A stretch of 25,002 bases of DNA from an uncultured Verrucomicrobiae bacterium (lineage in GTDB: Bacteria; Verrucomicrobiota; Verrucomicrobiia; Limisphaerales; JAFGQR01), in assembly GCA_963788655.1 (NCBI GenBank), contig CAWBHS010000001.1:1-25002 (forward strand), read 5' to 3'. Positions 9,696 to 19,801 of the stretch are shown piece after piece (within the stretch, counting starts at the first letter, position 1; every line of letters starts with the position of its first letter). The position numbers and the translations under genes are program-made. The notes under the pieces are model-generated. The model had not been told where the DNA came from. It saw nothing but the letters and a program-made list of their open reading frames with translations, and did not search any database.

Positions 9696-12600
9696 ATGAA
9701 ACACTATCGTTCCGTCGCTCTGATCACCGTCGCGATTGCCGGGTCCGCGAGCGGCGCCCAATGGACTGTGTCCAATACCAACGACAGCGGAGCCGGTTCA
9801 TTGCGGCAAGCCATTATTGACGCCAACACGTCCTCCGGGTTGGACGAGATTCATTTTGCGATACCGGGTCCAGGACCGTTCACAATCCGGCCCACGTCCC
9901 AACTTCCGACGATCACCGGCTCGGTAATCCTCGACGCCACCACGCAACCCGGATATGCCGGCCGACCGGTTGTTGAACTGAAGGGCAGTTTTGCCGGGGT
10001 CCAAGTACATGGACTACGTCTGGGAAGCTACAGATTCCACCATTCGCGGATTGGCCATCACCGGTTTTTCCCGCACGGGGATCTGGCTGGATGGCGGCAG
10101 CGGCAACGTCATTGCGGCCAACTTCATCGGTCTGGCTCCCGCCGGCACTTCCGCATCCGGCAACGCCACGGGGGGCATCTGGATCTGGAACTCGATCAAT
10201 AACCGGATTGGAGGCACCACCGCCGCAGCGCGCAATGTGATTTCAGGAAATTCCGGGCCCGGGGTCGAAATGGGCGGGATACCACGGGCACGCAGGTTGA
10301 AGGAAACTACATTGGCACCGATGCCACCGGTCTGTCGGCGATGAGCAATCAGTCAGGGGTGTTGATTATCAATGCGGGTGGCAATGTCGTTGGTGGAACC
10401 TCGACGGGAGCCGGTAATCTCATTTCGGGCAATTTCCTGGCGGGCGTGGAAGTCGATCAAAGCCTGGTGGAGAATATCATCGAAGGCAATTGGATTGGCA
10501 CCGACCTCACCGGCACCCAGGCATTGGGCAACGCCGGCGGCTTGTTGATCGATTTGAACGCGATGAGCACCCGGATCGGGGGTAACCAATACGGAGTCGC
10601 GGAACATCATTTCGGGCAACACGGTCAGTGGCATCATCATCCGGGGTGGCGCCATGAACACCAGGGTCGAAGGCAACTTTATCGGAACGGATATCACCGG
10701 CACCCATGCTCTCGGCAACCATTCCAGCGGCATTGTGATCTACGAAGGAGCCTCCGGCACGAGCATCGGCGGCACCGCACCCGGTAGCCGCAATGTGATT
10801 TCCGGCAACACCCTCTGGGCGGTGGAAATGGACAACAGCGAAACCCGCAACAATGTGGTCGAAGGCAACCACCTTGGGACGGACCTTACCGGCACGAAGG
10901 CTTTGGGCAATGACGGGGGCGTGCTGATCGATAATTTTGCCGCGGACAATCGTATCGGCGGCACCAACACCGCTGCTCGCAATGTGATTGCGGGTAATAC
11001 CATAGCCCCGGGAGTCAACCTCCGCGGCGGGGCTACCGGGCAATCTCGTTCAAGGTAATTTCATCGGCACCGATGTCACCGGCCACACCGCGCTGGGCAA
11101 CGGAAATGTGGGCGTGCTGATTGAGTCCTCCGGCAACGTCATCGGGCCCCTGAATCTCATCTCCGGCAATCAATCCGATGGCATTGAGTTGCATTCTGAG
11201 GCCAATAACAACTGGATCAAAGGCAACTTCATCGGCACCGACGCCACCGGCTTTGAATTCCTCGGCAACGACGGGGTGGGAGTGGTGCTGGATGTCGGTT
11301 CGTCCGCGAATCTCATTGGCGGTGTGGATCGGCGGACCGGAACATCATTGCCGGCAATAGAATTTCCGGAGTCAGCATCGAGTCCACCAACGCCACCGGC
11401 AACCGCGTCGAAGGCAACTACATCGGCACTGACATCACCGGCACCAACGCTTTGGGGAACGGTGAGAACGGTGTCTTCATCCGGCAAGCCAGGAGCAATG
11501 TGATTGGTGGTCCTTACCAGGCGCCCGCAACATCATCTCCGGCAATGGCCGCTTGGGCCGGCCCAACGACGGGCGCAGCGGTATTGAACTGGAGCGGCGA
11601 CCTGCCGGCAACCTGGTCGAGGGCAATTTCATCGGCACTGACGTTCCCGGCACCCTGCCACTCCCGAACCGCGAATACGGCGTCTTCATTCAAAGCTCAT
11701 CCAACAACACGGTGGGTGGTTCGAGCGCAGCGCAAGCCAACCTCATTTCCGGTAATCTGCTCGATGGCATTCTGATCGAGGCGGCCGACGCCGTCGGCAA
11801 TACTGTCAGTGTAATCTGATCGGCACCGACGCCGCTGGCACCAACACCTTGGGAATGGCGCCAATGGCATCCACATCAACGACGCGCCGAATACCTCGTC
11901 GTCAATCTGGGCGCGGGCCGCAATGTGATTTCGGCCAACGCCGAGGCGGGGCTGCTGCTCGAAGGCGCCAACGCTCAGGCCATCCGCGTTCGGAACAACT
12001 TCATTGGCACCGACGTGGCCGGCACGGCTCCATTGGGCAATGGCGGCGATGGCGTTCACTTGCGCAGCGGGGCGTCGCACAACACGATTGGGTTTACGAT
12101 GTCGCCCGGCCGCAACGTCATCTCGGCCAACCTCCAGCACGGCGTCCACCTCGAGCACGAAGGCACGGTCAGCAATCTCGTGGAAAGCAATTTCATTGGC
12201 ACCGACCTCACCGGCACCAATGCCCTGGGCAACCACGGCAGCGGCGTGCGCACCAGCCGCGGCGCCAGCCAGAACACCATGGGCGGCAGCAGCGGCGGCA
12301 ATACCATCGCCTTCAATCAGGAGCACGGGGTGCATCTGCGCGATGGCACGCAGAACTTGATTCGTAACAACGCCATCTTTGCCAATGGCGGATTGGGGAT
12401 CAACCTGGGGTTGGATGACGAGGTTACCCCCAACGACGTTGGCGACGCGGACACTGGCGCCAACGAGTTGCAGAACGTGCCGGTGCTCCACAGCGCCGTG
12501 GCCGACACGAACGGCACCGTGCTGCTCACCGGCACCTTGGCGAGCTTGCCGATTACTTCGTTTACGCTGGAGTTTTTCGTGAATGACACGTGCGACCCTT

Positions 12601-13001
12601 CGGGCTTCGGCGAAGGCGCGGCTACGTTGGGACTGACCAACGTGATGACCGATAGTGGCGGCGCGGCGGATTTTACTCTGACGTTTCCCACTGGGGTGGC
12701 GATCGGGCAGTACGTGACGGCGACCGCAACCGATCCGTTCCTGAACACGTCCGAATTCTCCGCGTGCGCACCAGTTGTGCCGGCGGACGGCGCCCCGCGG
12801 TTGGCTATTGCAAACTCGGAAACCGCGCTGATCATTTCGTGGGCGGAAGCCACCGGGTATCAGCTTTATTGGGCGACGAATCTGAGCCAGCCAATCCTTT
12901 GGCATGTCGCGACCAACACGGTACAATCGCTCAATGGCACCAACGCGGTATCCATCGAATCCAAGGCCGGTAACAGGTTCTTCCGGCTGTGCAATCCATA
13001 A
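9696..13001 (+). CDS. Secreted right-handed parallel beta-helix repeat protein (~1100 aa) with the shared C-terminal domain; about nine frameshifts
   Basis: Signal peptide MKHYRSVALITVAIAGSASGA, then VSNTNDSGAGSLRQAIIDAN. About 12 repeats of ~60 aa (N[VI]ISGN...GN[FY]IGTD.TG..ALGN) continue across track ORFs 9672, 9991, 10341, 10654, 11108, 11452, 11553 and 11925. These are followed by a TPNDVGDADTGANELQN..FTLEFF..TATATD..NTSEFS module and a C-terminal domain ending NRFFRLCNP. Frame switches at ~10023, 10277, 10584, 11039, 11330, 11513, 11811, 11852 and 11895. Confidence 0.85.
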
Positions 13002-13009
13002 ACTGAAAC

Positions 13010-16000
13010 ATGGCAACAACCCACCCCCATCAGCAAGTTCGTGGTGTGCGCCGGGGCCGCGATTGCTTGAGATGCGCCGGGATTGGCGGAGTTCTTTTAG
13101 CGGTCACTTTGTTCACCAGAGTATCATGGGGAGCAGAAAGCGGGACCACGCAACTCACGGTTGTCAATCCCACGGCGATCAGCATTCCGACGAATAACGC
13201 CGGCCCAGCCACTCCGTATCCGTCCACGATCAGCGTTACCGGCCTGACGGGTTTCATCAGCCACGTTTCGGTGACGATCAGCAACCTGAGCCACACCTGG
13301 CCCAGCGACGTGGACGTGTTGTTGACCTCGCCCGCCGGGCAAGGGGTAATACTCCTGTCCGACGCCGGTTCGGATCATTCGATTACCTACGTCACGCTGA
13401 CTTTCGACGACGGTGCTCCGAAGACGCTACCCAAATCCAGCCGCATTGTTTCCGGGCGCTATAAGCCGACCAATCATTCCGGCGATGATTTCTTTCCGGC
13501 TCCGGCTCCGGACGGTCCTTATGGCGCGTCGCTGTCCGTATTCAACGCTTACGATCCCGACGGCCTATGGCGGCTTTACGTGGTGGATTCCGAACCGGGT
13601 GATGGCGGAGCCATTGCTGACGGATGGAGCCTGACGATCACCGTGACCAATCAGCAGGCGCTTCCGTCAATTAACATTAGCGATCCGGTGCTCGAGGAGG
13701 GGCAAAGCGGCATTACCAATGCAGTGTTTATCGTCAGCCTTTCCTCGACCAGCAGCCTGCCGGTGGCAGTGGATTATGAAACCGCCGATGGCACGGCGAC
13801 CGCCAATACGGATTATGTTCCACAAACCGGAACAATCCTTTTTCCGCCCGGAAGCCTCGAACAAACCGCCCTTGTGCCCGTGATCGGCGACATTCTTTTC
13901 GAGCCGCACGAGACGTTCTTCCTGCTGCTCAGTCAACCGACGAACGCCATCCTTGCCGACGCCATCGGAATGGCGACCATCCGCAACGACGATTCGCTGC
14001 CGTTGGCCGATGCGTTTGCCGAACGCCCGGTCGTGAGCGGCATCTTGCTCACGATGATCGGCTTCAATACCGGCGCCTCCCGCGAACCGGGCGAACCGGA
14101 GCACGCCGGGAATCCCGGGGGCGCGTCCGTTTGGTGGTCCTGGCGGGCGCCGGCGGCGGGTGGGGTGAATGTCTTCTTTGGAGCCAGCACCTTCAATCCC
14201 CTGCTGGCCGTCTATACCGGTGAGTCTTTGTCCTATCTGGCCCTGGTGGCGGACAATCGCGCCAGCGCTGGCTTCACCGACCAGTTCCACTTCAATGCCG
14301 TAAGCAACATGACATACATCTTTGCCGTGGATGGTGTGGATGGCCAAACCGGGGACTTCATCCTTCAACTCGGGTTGCGGCCCGGTCAGTTCTACATGTC
14401 CAGCGAAGCGGGCGCGGAAGTTTGGGTGCCGAACGGACCGGTCCTGGCGCTGGCCGAGCTGGACGACGTCATTTATCTGGGCGGCGAGTTCACCCATCTG
14501 AGTCCGAACGTGGGGAAAGGTGAGTTGTGGGAGACGGTTTCGGGCCTCCCGGTGCCGGGTTTTCCCCGAGCCAACGGGCCGATCTACACGGCCGTTCCGG
14601 ACGGACACGGTGGCTGGTTCCTGGGTGGCGAATTTACCCAACTCGGGGAGACCGGTCGGACCAACCTGGCGCATCTCCTCCCCGGCAACGTTGTGGATCC
14701 CAATTGGCCGCCGTGGACGGACGGTTTTGTTTTCGAACTGGTCCTGGCGAGCGACCGGCTCTACGTCGGCGGATCGTTCACCAATTTCTCCGGCCTGGCG
14801 CGGTGGAACCTGGCCGCTGTGGACCCGGGCACGGGCACGGTCACCGATTGGCAACCCGTTGTCCGGCACGCGCTGGAACCGGAGGTTGGAGCTGCGGTCC
14901 GCGCCATCGCCGTTGCCGGCAACACGGTTTTTGTTGGAGGAACGTTCACGGAGGTCGGCCGACAACCACGATCCAGTCTCGCCGCCTTGGATGCTTCGAC
15001 GGGCCAGGCTACGGCATGGAACCCGGCTCCGGCAGCGGCTGAAGGCGTCGTGATTCATGCTTTGGTGGTCCATGACGAAACCGTCTTTGTCGGCGGCAAA
15101 TTCACCTATATCGGAGGACAGCCACGGAACAACTTGGCGGCGCTGGATATCCAATCCGGCCTTGCCACACCATGGGCCGCTTCGGCGGACGCTCCTGTGC
15201 TCACCCTGCAATCCTCGTGCAATACGTTGTATTCGGTGGGGAATTTGCCTCCGTGGATGGCCAACCGCGCAACCGGCTTGCCGCCGCGTGGCTGAGTGAT
15301 GGCAGCGTAACGCCGTGGAATCCGAATATCACTGGTGCACAGGTCTCGCGCATCGTTCTTGATCAAGACCTGCTTTATGCCGGCGGCGCCTTCTCTGAAG
15401 TGGCTGGAGCGCCGCGTGATAATGTTGCGGCGGTGGACACAGCCACAGCCCTGCCCACCCCGTGGAATCCCGGAGCCGGTGTCGCCGTCGAAAGCCTGGC
15501 CGTCGCGGCCGGGAACGTTTTTGTGGGAAGCGTCCATGACCGTGGCGGTGTGGTCCGGCATAATCTGGCCGCCATCGATGCTCGCACCGGACAACCGGTG
15601 GCGGATTGGAACCCGGACCCCGACGGACGGGTGACCGCGTTGTCCCTTGCCGGCGGCAACCTCTACTTCGGCGGCGACTTCACCACGGTCGGCGGCCAGT
15701 CCCGCGAACGGCTCGCCGCGGTGCGCACCGCGACGGGTGAATTGACCGATTGGAATCCCGGCGCCAACGCCACCCCGTTGGCCATTGTCGCCGGAACGGT
15801 CTTCGTGACCGTGGGGGGCCGGTTCACCTTTATTGGCGGCTCCGGCAGCGCCTACGTGGCGACGCTGGACGCAACGACCGGAGCGCCGGCGCGTTGGTCG
15901 CCGACCCCCAACGGTGAAGTCCACTCCCTCCACCTCGAAATCGGTTCTTTGTATCTCGCCGGTCAATTCACCCAAGTCAACGGTTACAGTCGTCCGGGAT

Positions 16001-18626
16001 TTGCCGCGGTGGATTTGCACAATGAACAAGTGTTGTCATGGGACCCGCAGATTCAGGGCGGCGCCGCGGTGGGCGAAGCGGTCCGGGTGTTTGCGTCGCC
16101 GGCGTACCTGGCGGGCTCATTTACCACCGTGCGAGGTGAACCGCGCCTGAACGTGGCTGCCGTGGACAAAGCCACGGGAGTTGTCCTCCCGTGGAATCCA
16201 GTGGTGGAACCGGCGGGCCGTGGCGTGACGACTCTGGCCCAGTCGAAAGCCTTCTTCTATGTCGGCGGAAACTTCGATCATGTCGGCGGCCAACCGCGCA
16301 ACGGCCTCGCCGCCATTGAAGATCTCTCCGGAGCGACGACCCCGTGGAATCCGCAGCTCAAGTCGCCGGTGCCTGGCACGGTGGTTTCCGCCCTGAACGC
16401 GAGCGTCGAGCGGGTGGAGGTGGGCGGCGCCTTCACCACCATCGGCGGACGGTTTTCTCCCAATTTCGCCATCTTTCCGCCGGAAGGAGTGCCGCGAATC
16501 GGGCGCGAGCCCCGCGACCAGATTCTGCCCGTGGGAGATACGATCCAACTGCAAGCTGAGGTGAGTGGCCAGCAACCGCTCGTCTTTCAGTGGCAGTTCA
16601 ATGGCACCAACCTTCCCCATGCGGTCACTGACCGACTGGAAATTCCGAACGCCCAGGTCGAACACTCGGGGGAATACACGCTGATCATTGCCAATGGACT
16701 GGGCCTCACGCGGACGCGGGTCGCGACGGTCGTGGTTTACACGCCGATCGCCATCACCGCCGATCCGATCAGTCAGGTGGTCTCGCCCAACGCCACGGTT
16801 CATCTCGCCGTCTCCGCCACTGGCGATCCCGCGCCAACCTACCAATGGCGCCTCAATGGCGTGAACATTCCCGGAGCCGTTTATCCCACCTACACCATCA
16901 CCAATGCCCAGCCGGCCGATGGTGGCAGCTATGATGTCGTGGTCGTCAATATCGGCGGCGCCGTGGCCAGCGCGGTCGCCACCGTGATCATCACCAGCCC
17001 GACCCTCGATCTCGAAGATGATTTCACCAATCGCGTGACCTTTGTTGACGCGACCGGATTGGGAGCAGCACCAACGGCTTGGCCTCCCAGGAAGTCGGCG
17101 AACCCAATCATGTCGGCAAGTTCGGCGGCAAATCCGTGTGGCTCGGTTGGATCGCGCCCGCCAACGGCATCGCCACGTTCAGCACCAGGGGCAGCACGTT
17201 CGATACGTTGCTGGCCGTTTACACCGGCACCAATTTGGACGCGTTGACCGTCGAAACCGGCGATGAAGACCGCGGCGGTTTCTTGACCAGCGAGGCTTCC
17301 TTCAACGCCGCGGCCGGCACCCATTATGCCATCGCCATCGACGGGTTTGCCGGCGCTTCGGGCCACATCGTGCTCAGTTGGAGCCTGGACACCAATGCCA
17401 TGCCCTTCCCGCACATCATCAGCGAGCCGCTCAGCCAAACCCACTTTCGCGGCGACACCGTTACGTTCGCGGTGGTCGTCGATAATCCGGCAGTGACTTA
17501 CCGATGGTATTTCGGTTGTGATTCGATATCCGGGGCGACCAACGCTCAGTACACCATCGCCAACGTTCACCCAGAGAATGTAGGCGGCTATCACGTCGTG
17601 GTGCAAAACGCTTCTTCGTACGTGGCCGAGAGTTTGTAGCGTTCCTGGAAATTGGTCCCGAGCCCAAAGCCTTGTCCCTTGACAAACCCGAAGACTTGCT
17701 GTTCGGGCTTGCCCCAGGCGGCGCGGGCGGCCAGCGCCGGGCCGGCGCGTCGCTGTTCACTGCCGGTGCAGCCGGCGGCTTTATCTCGGTGGCCATGGGC
17801 ATCACCGATTCGCAACTGCTGGACAACACCGACGCGGTCACCCAACCCGGCGAGCCCATTCGCTGCGGCGTGCTGGGCGGCGCCTCGTTGTGCCTGGTGA
17901 TCCAACCGCAGGAAAGCGGCGCGGTGGAAGTGGACACCTTGGGCAGCGCCATCGATACGGTGCTGGCCGTCTATCACTGGACCAATCTGTTCGCTTTGTA
18001 CTCGGGCCTGCTCGACTGCGATGACAACAGCGCCGACGGCCTTCGCAGCCGGTTGGTGTTCAACGCCAAGCTCTGGAGTATTACCTGGTGGTCGTGGACG
18101 GCGTGAACGGCGCGCGCGGCCCGATTGAGGTGAACTGGCACTGTGGGCGAGGCCCCGAGCCGATCCGGGACCGCCGCACGCTAATGCAATCGGATGGCCG
18201 GCATCTTGTTGGTGGCCCGGTCACCAATGCGGTGCCCGCGGTGACCTACCAATGGCTGGTAAACGGAACCGCGATTGTGGGGGCGACCAACGAGACCTGG
18301 GCCGTGCCGGGGCTGACCGGCACGGCCGGCACCTACAGTTTTCGCGCAGACAACTTCGCGGGAAGTTTGGAGGGCCCGTCGCGGTGCTGCTGGCCTTGCG
18401 TTGCGAATTGGACCAGGAAGCGGGCGTCGTGCGGGTGCGCTGGCCCGACGGGATCACTGGGCCGGCGGTGCTGGAGGGTTCAACCGATTTGGACGCGTGG
18501 GAGACAATGCAGGAAATCACGCCGATGGAGGCTGCCGGCATCCAGGAGGTCCCGATTGCGGACGAACGTCTGCAGTTCTTCCGCGTGCGTCCGTTGCCGG
18601 AAGCAACCAGCGTTCAACCCAAATGA
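13010..18626 (+). CDS. Giant secreted modular protein (~1870 aa): proprotein-convertase P-domain-like, Calx-beta, three PPC-like domains, 14-blade beta-propeller, Ig domains, shared C-terminal domain; at least five frameshifts
   Basis: ORFs 13010, 15172, 17079, 17672, 18088 and 18252 join through single missing bases at ~15232, 17062, 17633, 18069 and 18376. Motifs: PYPSTISV..LSHTWPSDVDVLLTSPAG..GLWRLYVVD (P-domain-like); VAVDYETADGTATANTDY..ETFFLLLSQPTNA..TIRNDD (Calx-beta); EPGEPEHAG..SVWWSWRAP..LLAVYTG..AVDG (PPC-like, x3); [YF][VL]GG.FT..G..R..LAA.D..WNP (x14); QWQFNG and YQWRLNG (Ig); ends LQFFRVRP. Confidence 0.85.
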
Positions 18627-18729
18627 ACGATCCGGAACGGGATCGTGATGAATGCGATGGAAATCCGAAACCCGAGGTCCGAAATGGACCTTGCGCACGC
18701 CTTACATCCTTTGGAGTCTCAATACCGGA

Positions 18730-18911
18730 TGGTAGGGCGAGACTCCGTCGAGCCCTGATTCTTCCGCATCGTTTTCGAACCATTGGAGGCCGGAACCGCG
18801 GTCGGCCACCGGCAGTCTCATGGCCGAGCGCCAGTCATTTCCCATCGATCGCTTTTGGGCTTTTGAACGCACTCCGGGGAAATCAGGGCTCGACGGAGTC
18901 TCGCCCTACCA
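18730..18911. repeat. REPIN/MITE-like element: perfect 31-bp inverted repeats around a 120-bp spacer (family B)
   Basis: 18730-18760 (TGGTAGGGCGAGACTCCGTCGAGCCCTGATT) is the exact reverse complement of 18881-18911. GTAG lies near the outer ends. Located between convergent stop codons (18626 and 18927). Confidence 0.9.
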
Positions 18912-18926
18912 GAGCGCCCGGCCTCG

Positions 18927-19610
18927 CTAGAACAATTCTGCTTTCAAACTCCGAACTTCCTGACGCAGGAGATGGGTGATTTTGTATTTGGCGAAATAAA
19001 CCTGGCTGAGTTTGACGCGCAGACTTTGAACGACCCGCTGGGCCGGCCACTGTTGCAACACGTGCAGTTGGAACATTTGATAATGGGCCGGGTCGGCGTG
19101 ACGCTTCACTCGCTCAAGCGCGATGGTCATCAGGTTCTGCTCCCAATCGGCTTCCCAGATGGCGTCGAGATCGAGACTGGCCGGATCCGGCAGCCGATCC
19201 GTGGTGGAGGTGTGGGCAGTCTCCCCCGGCGCCCGCAGTCGGTGCGACATGCCGGGCGGGCGTTTGCGGAGTTCATCGGTGATGCGCCAGCGGGCCAGCT
19301 TAAGCAACCAGCCCTTGAACGAACCGTGTTGGGCGCCCACCTCGAAGTTCCCAATGTTGCGCGCCACGGACACCAGAGTTTCCTGCAGGACGTCTTCCGC
19401 CTCTGCGTCGGTCAGGCCGGCTTTCCGGGCGGTATTGACAATGAGCCGGCCGTACAATTGGGAGAATTCGGCCCAACTGGCGCCGTCCTCCCAATTCTTC
19501 AGCCGCTGCAACAGGCTTGCCCGGGTGGGCAACCGTTCAAACGCCGGTGAAGACTGAACCGGCGGTGCGGACGCCCGCGCATCCTCCTGCTCTTCGATTG
19601 AGTTGTTCAT
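18927..19610 (-). CDS. ECF (group 4) sigma-70 family RNA polymerase sigma factor
   Basis: Region 2: PTRASLLQRLK..SWAEFSQLYGRLI..EAEDVLQET..GSFKGWLLKLARWRITDELRKR. Region 4-like C-terminus: ALERVK..YQMFQL..PAQRVVQSL..SQVYFAKYKI. The N-terminal TRxSLLxRL motif is typical of Planctomycete/Verrucomicrobia ECFs. ATG 19610 preferred; the track starts at TTG 19658. Confidence 0.93.
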   Translation of the reverse strand: MNNSIEEQEDARASAPPVQSSPAFERLPTRASLLQRLKNWEDGASWAEFSQLYGRLIVNTARKAGLTDAEAEDVLQETLVSVARNIGNFEVGAQHGSFKGWLLKLARWRITDELRKRPPGMSHRLRAPGETAHTSTTDRLPDPASLDLDAIWEADWEQNLMTIALERVKRHADPAHYQMFQLHVLQQWPAQRVVQSLRVKLSQVYFAKYKITHLLRQEVRSLKAELF

Positions 19611-19676
19611 ACGCGCATCGTTCGTTGATTCAGCCACGTTTCCCGTCCATTCGCTCAAAAGTTTTCGATATATTTT

Positions 19677-19702
19677 TAAAAAGTAAAGCTTTTCTTCCGT
19701 GT
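19677..19702 (+). promoter_or_regulatory. Candidate ECF-type promoter TAAAAA-N15-CGTGT upstream of the triple-domain protein, divergent from the sigma gene
   Basis: TAAAAA (19677-19682), GTAAAGCTTTTCTTC, CGTGT (19698-19702). With the 6337-6363 site it shares the longer pattern TTAAAAA-N13-TCCGTGT. Confidence 0.6.
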
Positions 19703-19801
19703 ATTCCTTAGCCGACGGTGTCGTGCCGGCGGCTCACAGCGAACAACCATCAACCTAACCAACTCAGGCGCAACGGCGCCGGGAAGAAAAAAGGATAAAT
19801 T

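Noticed and set aside
10090..12390. Recurring ATCGGCACCGAC-like DNA words as a possible CRISPR or non-coding repeat array
   Set aside because: They are the degenerate codons of the IGTD protein repeat, about 190 nt apart. There are no identical 25-45-nt repeats and no cas genes.
4160..18380. Programmed frameshifting or phase variation as the cause of the split genes
   Set aside because: Sites are short runs with mixed +1/-1 signs, with no long SSR tracts or consistent slippery heptamers. Nine events in one gene is not plausible as regulation.
18661..18686. Degenerate heptamer run AAATCCG-AAACCCG-AGGTCCG-AAAT
   Set aside because: Only three imperfect units and no complementary partner tract found; too weak to call.
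18401..18979. 192-aa ORF spanning the intergenic inverted repeat
   Set aside because: Overlaps two real genes and reads through the REPIN; no transposase or other motif.
19634..19678. Autoregulatory copy of the motif for the sigma gene (minus-strand TAAAAA at 19678-19673 and CGTGG at 19638-19634)
   Set aside because: The two half-sites are 34 nt apart rather than 15, so they do not form the motif.
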